Part shown: one piece after another, positions 26,187 through 32,000 of the stretch
Layout of the letters: each line of letters opens with the position of its first letter
Position numbering within the stretch: the first letter of the stretch is position 1
Origin: Nostoc sp. PCC 7120 = FACHB-418
GTDB taxonomy: Bacteria > Cyanobacteriota > Cyanobacteriia > Cyanobacteriales > Nostocaceae
NCBI RefSeq assembly: GCF_000009705.1
Contig: NC_003272.1
Location: 510,001 to 542,000 of the forward strand
Direction of reading: 5' to 3'
Length of the DNA stretch: 32,000 nt
Notes under the pieces: generated by a model
Databases searched by the model: none
Told to the model about the DNA's origin: nothing
Seen by the model: only the letters and a program-made list of their open reading frames with translations
Program-made: the position numbers and the translations under genes

Positions 26187-27911
26187 TCAGTCTGTAGTGT
26201 ATCGCCGGGGTGTATAAACCGATATACTACCATCACTACGCTGAATAGACCGGGTTCGTGTGGAACCTACCAGAATCACGGTTCGCATATCGGCGCTATC
26301 TGCTGCTAGCTGGTCAAGAGTAATTACTTTAACAGTTTGTCCTGGTCTGCCAATATTCCGCGCCAATACTATGGGAGTAGAAGGTTTTCTATATTGCAGT
26401 AATATATTTTTGGCTGCTGTTAATTGCCAAGTACGTTCTTTAGAAACAGGATTGTAAAAGGCTATAACGAAATCAGCCTTGGCTGCTGCGGCAATGCGTT
26501 GTTCAATGATTGACCAAGGTTTTAAGATGTCAGATAGGGAAATAGCACAAAAGTCATGCCCCAAAGGTGCGCCAATGGTGGCTGCGGCGGCCTGCATGGC
26601 GGAAATCCCTGGCGCAACATGAATATTAATGCTTTCCCATTCTGGTTTAAAATGATAATCCAGTACTTCAAACACAGCCGCAGCCATTGCATAGATACCA
26701 GGGTCGCCAGAAGAAACTACAGCCACATATCGCCCAGTAGCGGCTAAATCAAGCGCCATCGTTGCACGGGCAATTTCTTCGCGGTTGTCTGATTCATGAC
26801 GTTGCTTACCATCAGCCAGAGAACCAACTAAATCTAGATAGGTTTTGTAACCAACTAAGTCTGTTGCTGACTGGAGGATTTCTTTCACCTCTGGAGACAT
26901 CCATTGTGAACCACCAGGGCCAGTCCCAATAATAGCTAACCTCCCCCGTGGTTGACCGATGGTATCGGGGTCGATGGGTTGGGGGGAAATGGCGATCGCA
27001 ATATGAGAAGATGAAGCAATTAGTTGACCAGATTTATCTGTGGCGGTTAGTGCAGTGGCTTCAGCGAGGTTATAACCTTCTGTGAGTAAGGTTTCTAGTT
27101 GGCTGGAAGAGAAAAATCTGGTTGGGACACCATAGGTATTGGCTACAGCGTCAATTACTGGACTCGCGGCGATGGTGATGGGTGCAAATACTGCGGCGAT
27201 AGATGGGGGTGCGAGTTCCGCGTCAGCGAGTAACTGCTGTATAGATTCTACAGTAACAGAGGAGTGAGTGATAGCGATCGCTACAGTTTTGGGATGATAC
27301 ACCAAACAATTAGCTGTGGGAGTCACCAGGCGTTCAGTTATCAAGATAGTTAAATCACCCTTAGGGTCGATAGGTAACTGACTATTACTTAACCAAGGTG
27401 CAGTTCCTTCTAATCTTACCTGCGCCCCTGCTAATAAATCTGAGATAAACTTTTTTGCATCGTCTGGGTTTGCTAAATGATATCCAGGGGGAGGAGATAA
27501 CAACGCCGTGCGGAAACGAATATCGCCCGTTGTTGTAATTGCAGCCTTAACCTCTAGCGCCTCACCAATGCGCCGCGCCAAGTCATTTACCCCATTGAGT
27601 CCACCCAACAAAGGTACAACCGCGCTACCATCCTCCGCCACAGCCACCACTGGCGGTTCTTGACGTTTATCGGAAATCAAGGGTGCTAATGTTCTGATGA
27701 GAATACCAGCCGCACAAATCCCAATTATCGGCGTTCCCCCAGCAAACAACTCCCGCAGGGTTTCACCAAAATTCGTCAAGCTAACATCCACCCCAGAGGT
27801 GCGTCCTGCTAAACCGTATAGTGTCGCCCCTGGTAAGACAGTCATTATTTTACGGGCTAGTGCGACACTATTTTGACCCAATACTACAACAGCAGGTGCA
27901 ACCTTTTTCAT
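26187..27911 (-). CDS. cobJ: Fusion of CbiG-like cobalamin biosynthesis protein with precorrin-3B C17-methyltransferase (CobJ/CbiH)
   Basis: The N-terminal ~330 aa are CbiG-like (VVVLGQNSVALARKI..., PVVAVAEDGSAVVPLLGG). The C-terminal part is a tetrapyrrole methylase starting GRLAIIGTGPGGSQWMSPEV ... VVSSGDPGIYAMA. Confidence 0.88.
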   Translation of the reverse strand: MKKVAPAVVVLGQNSVALARKIMTVLPGATLYGLAGRTSGVDVSLTNFGETLRELFAGGTPIIGICAAGILIRTLAPLISDKRQEPPVVAVAEDGSAVVPLLGGLNGVNDLARRIGEALEVKAAITTTGDIRFRTALLSPPPGYHLANPDDAKKFISDLLAGAQVRLEGTAPWLSNSQLPIDPKGDLTILITERLVTPTANCLVYHPKTVAIAITHSSVTVESIQQLLADAELAPPSIAAVFAPITIAASPVIDAVANTYGVPTRFFSSSQLETLLTEGYNLAEATALTATDKSGQLIASSSHIAIAISPQPIDPDTIGQPRGRLAIIGTGPGGSQWMSPEVKEILQSATDLVGYKTYLDLVGSLADGKQRHESDNREEIARATMALDLAATGRYVAVVSSGDPGIYAMAAAVFEVLDYHFKPEWESINIHVAPGISAMQAAAATIGAPLGHDFCAISLSDILKPWSIIEQRIAAAAKADFVIAFYNPVSKERTWQLTAAKNILLQYRKPSTPIVLARNIGRPGQTVKVITLDQLAADSADMRTVILVGSTRTRSIQRSDGSISVYTPRRYTTD

Positions 27912-27988
27912 GGGAGTTCTTGAGCGTTAGAATTCATATTTTGGTCGATATTTTTCAAATCAAAAGATTGTGAAGTGTTGGACTATGC

Positions 27989-28945
27989 TTATCCAACATT
28001 TACAATGGTGACTTGATTGTTCCTTACAGAGAGAAAAGCACCTCCTAGCTTCTGCGGCATTCTTAGAGATTCGACTGACCAGGCTAAAGCATAATCAATA
28101 TCATTATTTGTTTTTGGAATAGATATTTTAAAATCTGGGAAACAAATCTGAGTTTTAACTTCTTGCCATACAGGCATTGTGCCTGTATGTACTGTATAGT
28201 TCCGTAAATACGAATTTACTTTAAAATTTTGGTTATATACGTTTATATCCTGTTGTTGACGTATTGTGAAATCACTACAAATCACAACTGAAAGTCTTTG
28301 ATCTATATAAAAATGCACTATATAATACATTGCTGGGACTACAGATGTATTTGTGATAATCGCATTCAATGCTATCGGCTTTGAAAACTTCTCATCTTCT
28401 TCAAAATCAAGTCTAACTGAGTTGTTCTCAATGCAAAATTGTAGTGCTAAGTCAGGAGCATCAGCACGATTAGCAGTATCTCGAACTTCGTACTCCTCCA
28501 TCGGAACCGACTGATAATTAAACCTTTTGTAGAAAATATGATTATCTGCCATGTGAGGCGCACGTTTGCTTTGTGGAATGTCAACCACATAAATAACGCG
28601 TCCAGGATTATTCTTCTTCAGTTCAATTTGCTTGATCCTAATACCATCAATACGACGTTTAATCTTTGAATTAATTACTTGTTCAAGCCATTCTTTTGTT
28701 ATGTCTGCGGGATCATAACCAACATCAATTTTAATTGGAAGATGATTATCCTCAATTACGCCATATATGATTACCCCTCCTGCTGAGTTAGCAAAAGCAG
28801 ATACATCTTTACTCATTTCCCTTCGCTTAGAATCTGTTTTTTGGAGAGCCTCACACGCTTTATAGTCAAGCTCAAGGCTTTCTTGAACTCCTTCTTGTAT
28901 GAGTAATTCAATATCTTCCTCTTCCCAATCCCAAGGTTCTTTCAT
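27989..28945 (-). CDS. AlbA_2 (Schlafen-like, putative nucleic-acid-binding) domain protein with an uncharacterised C-terminal domain
   Basis: The N-terminal ~150 aa match the AlbA_2 pattern: ESLELDYK ... DVSAFANSAGGVIIYGV ... GRVIYVVDIPQS ... FYKRFNYQSVPMEEYEV. I see no recognisable motif in the C-terminal ~165 aa. The gene is AT-rich and free of HIP1 sites, unlike the flanking cob genes. Confidence 0.8.
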   Translation of the reverse strand: MKEPWDWEEEDIELLIQEGVQESLELDYKACEALQKTDSKRREMSKDVSAFANSAGGVIIYGVIEDNHLPIKIDVGYDPADITKEWLEQVINSKIKRRIDGIRIKQIELKKNNPGRVIYVVDIPQSKRAPHMADNHIFYKRFNYQSVPMEEYEVRDTANRADAPDLALQFCIENNSVRLDFEEDEKFSKPIALNAIITNTSVVPAMYYIVHFYIDQRLSVVICSDFTIRQQQDINVYNQNFKVNSYLRNYTVHTGTMPVWQEVKTQICFPDFKISIPKTNNDIDYALAWSVESLRMPQKLGGAFLSVRNNQVTIVNVG

Positions 28946-29126
28946 AGCATTATTTCTTTATTCTAATTTAATGTGGCAGTCAAAAGATGTTATGTGTCTA
29001 AACCTATAAACAAAACATTAGAAGAGACAGTATAACAAAAAGATAATTTTCCAATTTTCAAAATATAAGAACAGTTAGTCCAACACTAATTAAAAAATAA
29101 TATGAGCATTGGTTGGTACAAAACTT

Positions 29127-29831
29127 CTACAACCTACTCTTAGTAGGTATCACAATCATGGCAAAATAAGGTACTTCAGCCGGATCAACTTCATCTAAAG
29201 GTATAATTCTCTGCTGTGTTGTTGTTGCCCGTTCGATATATAATGCCCGTGATGCTAGTCCTAATTGATGTAGGACATCGCGCACTTTGGTGAAGTGGCG
29301 ACCTAGTTTCATAATGGCTGCTGCATCGGTTGTTAGCAATTTGGAAGTGAGTTCTTCTGCTGGGAGGGGTGCGGGTAGTACGGTGAGAATATCGTTGTAG
29401 TAGGTGAAGGGTACACCCAAGGAAACGGGACAAGCCATCAGTGAGGAAACGCCGGGGACGACCTCAGTTTGATACTTTTCAGATAGGCGTGTGAACACAT
29501 ACATAAATGAACCGTAAAAAAACGGGTCGCCTTCACACAGTACGACTACATCTCTGCCGGCTGCTAGGTGTTCGGCTATGGGTGCAACTTCTTGGTCGTA
29601 GATTTCCTGGGCTTTTTCCGGTTCTAAGGCGCGGGGGAGGTGATAGGCTACTTCGATTTGTTCACCTGTAAGATATTGGGAAACGATCGCTCGCGCTATA
29701 CTTTCTTTATCTGTGGCTGATTGATAGGCAATGACAGGAGCAGCACGTAGTAACCTCAATGCTTTGATGGTCAATAGTTCGGGGTCTCCTGGCCCTACAC
29801 CCACCCCGTAGAGACGACCTTTAGCTGTCAT
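29127..29831 (-). CDS. cobI: Precorrin-2 C20-methyltransferase (CobI/CbiL)
   Basis: GRLYGVGVGPGDPELLTIKALRLL ... VVVLCEGDPFFYGSFMY is a tetrapyrrole methylase pattern. The start lies 2 nt after the stop of the upstream cobG-cobH fusion. Confidence 0.9.
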   Translation of the reverse strand: MTAKGRLYGVGVGPGDPELLTIKALRLLRAAPVIAYQSATDKESIARAIVSQYLTGEQIEVAYHLPRALEPEKAQEIYDQEVAPIAEHLAAGRDVVVLCEGDPFFYGSFMYVFTRLSEKYQTEVVPGVSSLMACPVSLGVPFTYYNDILTVLPAPLPAEELTSKLLTTDAAAIMKLGRHFTKVRDVLHQLGLASRALYIERATTTQQRIIPLDEVDPAEVPYFAMIVIPTKSRL

Positions 29832-29833
29832 GA

Positions 29834-31981
29834 TTATTCTTCCTCCGTGGCCAGGGCGTTAACTGCGGCGGCGGCGATCGCACTCCCACCCCGCCGACCG
29901 TGTAAAGTCATATATGGGATATTACGGCTATCTGCTGCCAATGCTGCTTTTGATTCAGCTGCACCCACAAACCCGACTGGAAAGCCCAAGATTAAGGCAG
30001 GTTTGGGGCATCCGGCATCTAGCATTTCTAGTAAGCGAAATAGGGCTGTAGGTGCGTTCCCAATGGCGACAACTGCCCCTTCTAGATGTGGTCTCCACAA
30101 TTCCAAAGCCGCCGCCGACCGCGTATTACCCAATTTTTTTGCTAGTTCTGGTACTTCTGGTTCATTCAAGGTGCAGATAACTTGATTATTGGCTCCTAAG
30201 CGCCGTCTTGTCACCCCGTCGGCTACCATACGGCAATCGCACAAAATCGGTGCGCCGGCTGCTAGTGCTGCCCTGCCTGACTGTGCCGCCGTGGCTGAAT
30301 ATCCTAAGTCTGTGACAATATCCGTCATTCCACAGGCATGAATCAGGCGTACTGCAACTTTTGCTATGTCTGGCGGGAGTATATCTAGGTTGGCTTCTGA
30401 CCGGATGATAGCAAAGGAATTGCGGTAGATTTCATTAGCATCGTGGATGTAGTCAGACATAGGATTTGGTTGAGAAAATAACTGTTTTAGTTGGGGTGTC
30501 TCATAGTGATTAGCGAATTGCCCAAAAGATTCGTTTGTTTTTGTGCATTCGTTTTTATACACTTTTAGTATTCGCTCTATCGTTGTCGGCAATTCAGCAA
30601 CAGTTATATAGGGGTGAATTTCTCGACCGAATTTTTCATTACTATCACCGTCACCCACATAAACTTGATACCCCTCTCCCATTTCATTATTAACACCGAG
30701 TAGAGTAATATCACTATTGCCGTGGTGGGCGCAGGATTTATCACAACCGCTAAAGTGGATAGTTACTGGGTGTTCTAGACTGATGTGAGAATCTAGATAA
30801 TTTGCTAGCGCGAGGGCATGACTTTTAGTATCTGTAGCAGCCGCCGCACAACCTTGAATACCAGAACAAGCTACTAATCCACTCTTGATATTTGCGAGTG
30901 AGAAATCTAATCCTAACCCCAAAACTTGACTCTGAACGTCAGTCAGCGATTGTTGAGGAATGTCTGTTAACAACAAGTTCTGCCAAGGTGTCAGCCTGAG
31001 AGTTCCATTCCCATATTTGGTAGATAAATCAGCTAAACCCCTGACTTGCCAAGTTTCCAAACGACCAAGGGGTAAAACAAGACCAATGTAATATAAGTTT
31101 TGTTGGTGTTGGGGATGAATGCCGATGTGGTGGTATTTACTATTTGACCTCCCCCCCAACCCCTCTTCTACAAGGATAGGGGAGAAATGCCTTGTCTTCT
31201 CCCCCTTCCCTCGTAGGGAAGGGGGTAGGGGGGTTAGGTTCTTTCCCCCAAGGGGAATCGTTAAACGTTTTTCAGCTTCTTGAAGATAATTATTTAACCC
31301 CAAACTGTTCACTACTTCTCGCAGACGGGGCTTGCGTTTACTGCTAGCGTCAGTATGCAATAAGTAAACATCCGCCAAGGCTGTTAAGACTGGTAAGCAT
31401 TCCTCTGGTAACAACAAAATTCCGATGTCAACAGGCGGTTTTCCTTTTGCACCGATACTTAAACACAGACGGAAGCAAACTTTGTTCTCTACTAAAGTGG
31501 CAGTAAAGGTGATATCGTTGAGGCGATCGCTTACCGAAACTAGTCCCCCACCATCAAAACACACGCTAAACTTTGCCGATAGTCCTGAGAAGACAGAATT
31601 TTCAGTAATGTAATTATCCCAGCTTCTAACGAAGGGGCGGGTATCGATTAATTCTTGAGGATCAATACCAGCCGTGGGACTGGTCATAATATTGCGGATT
31701 TGGTCTACGCCTGCATTGCTAGAACCCAAACCCAAATCTTGCAAATACTTGAGGACTGTAGAATCTATGCTGGCGCGTATTTCCCGGATTTGGACGTTAG
31801 CACGATTTGTCACATCGACATAGCCGCCACCATATTGGTCAGCAATATCTGCGATCGCCTGACATTGTGTACTATTAATAATTCCACCCGGTATTCTGAT
31901 GCGAGACAAGATCCCATCTTGGGCAGGCGTGGCATAAAACAAGCCAGGACAAGGTGTTAAACCAGACAACAAGACAATCAC
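29834..31981 (-). CDS. cobG: Fusion of precorrin-3B synthase (CobG) with precorrin-8X methylmutase (CobH/CbiC)
   Basis: The N-terminus CPGLFYATPAQDGILSRIRIPGG ... VDVTNRANVQIREI and the Cys clusters CSGIQGC and SGCDKSC are typical of CobG. The C-terminal ~210 aa (IYRNSFAIIRSE ... RLIHACGM ... AIGNAPTALFRLLE ... GFPVGFVGAAESK) are typical of CobH. Confidence 0.88.
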   Translation of the reverse strand: MIVLLSGLTPCPGLFYATPAQDGILSRIRIPGGIINSTQCQAIADIADQYGGGYVDVTNRANVQIREIRASIDSTVLKYLQDLGLGSSNAGVDQIRNIMTSPTAGIDPQELIDTRPFVRSWDNYITENSVFSGLSAKFSVCFDGGGLVSVSDRLNDITFTATLVENKVCFRLCLSIGAKGKPPVDIGILLLPEECLPVLTALADVYLLHTDASSKRKPRLREVVNSLGLNNYLQEAEKRLTIPLGGKNLTPLPPSLRGKGEKTRHFSPILVEEGLGGRSNSKYHHIGIHPQHQQNLYYIGLVLPLGRLETWQVRGLADLSTKYGNGTLRLTPWQNLLLTDIPQQSLTDVQSQVLGLGLDFSLANIKSGLVACSGIQGCAAAATDTKSHALALANYLDSHISLEHPVTIHFSGCDKSCAHHGNSDITLLGVNNEMGEGYQVYVGDGDSNEKFGREIHPYITVAELPTTIERILKVYKNECTKTNESFGQFANHYETPQLKQLFSQPNPMSDYIHDANEIYRNSFAIIRSEANLDILPPDIAKVAVRLIHACGMTDIVTDLGYSATAAQSGRAALAAGAPILCDCRMVADGVTRRRLGANNQVICTLNEPEVPELAKKLGNTRSAAALELWRPHLEGAVVAIGNAPTALFRLLEMLDAGCPKPALILGFPVGFVGAAESKAALAADSRNIPYMTLHGRRGGSAIAAAAVNALATEEE
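31146..31241 (-). mobile_element. Miniature double-hairpin repeat element inserted in frame inside CobG
   Basis: The element is about 96 nt and includes the perfect hairpin ccccttccc-tcgta-gggaagggg. Its reverse complement aligns with the intergenic copy at 6447-6535. It translates as NLTPLPPSLRGKGEKTRHFSPILVEEGLGGRS without a stop. Confidence 0.65.
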
Positions 31982-32000
31982 TCCTTCCCTGTGCGACGCA

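Noticed and set aside
26118-26309. 63-aa plus-strand ORF at the 3' end of cbiG-cobJ
   Set aside because: It overlaps the cobJ C-terminus antisense, is Cys/Thr-rich and is implausible as a real gene.

Overview
This window looks like a chromosomal segment from a filamentous, Nostoc/Anabaena-like cyanobacterium. Supporting signs are many HIP1 GCGATCGC octamers, CCCCAAT-type heptamer repeats, G-rich/C-rich hairpin elements, an allophycocyanin gene plus an HLIP gene, and DevBCA-type exporters. I support about 26 protein-coding genes. Left to right they are: a secreted HExxH zinc metalloprotease (truncated at the left edge), a pentapeptide-repeat protein, a very AT-rich two-gene toxin-like cassette, a secreted lipoprotein of unknown function, a small conserved protein, a 4-Cys/Ser-Thr kinase/WD40 protein, an orphan MacB/DevA-type ABC ATPase, a double-RCK ion channel, a GyrA/ParC-like topoisomerase subunit, a CheY-like receiver, a TPR protein and a small secreted Arg-rich repeat protein. 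These are followed by a complete DevB-DevC-DevA-like exporter, an unannotated HLIP gene and an orphan ApcA-like gene, and a second DevB-DevC pair with no ATPase. The right end holds a cobalamin cluster (cbiG-cobJ fusion, cobI, cobG-cobH fusion) interrupted by an AT-rich AlbA_2/Schlafen-like gene. No rRNA, tRNA, CRISPR array or transposase was seen. The best candidates for something undescribed are: (i) the AlbA_2-domain gene with an unknown C-terminal domain wedged into the cob operon; (ii) the overlapping pair of RelE/ParE-like small ORFs with no recognisable antitoxin; (iii) the secreted Arg-rich repeat protein with two CRP-type palindromes upstream of the duplicated exporters. Two miniature repeat elements also sit in frame inside enzymes (CobG and the metalloprotease). 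All family assignments come from motif recognition by eye, and no database search was run.
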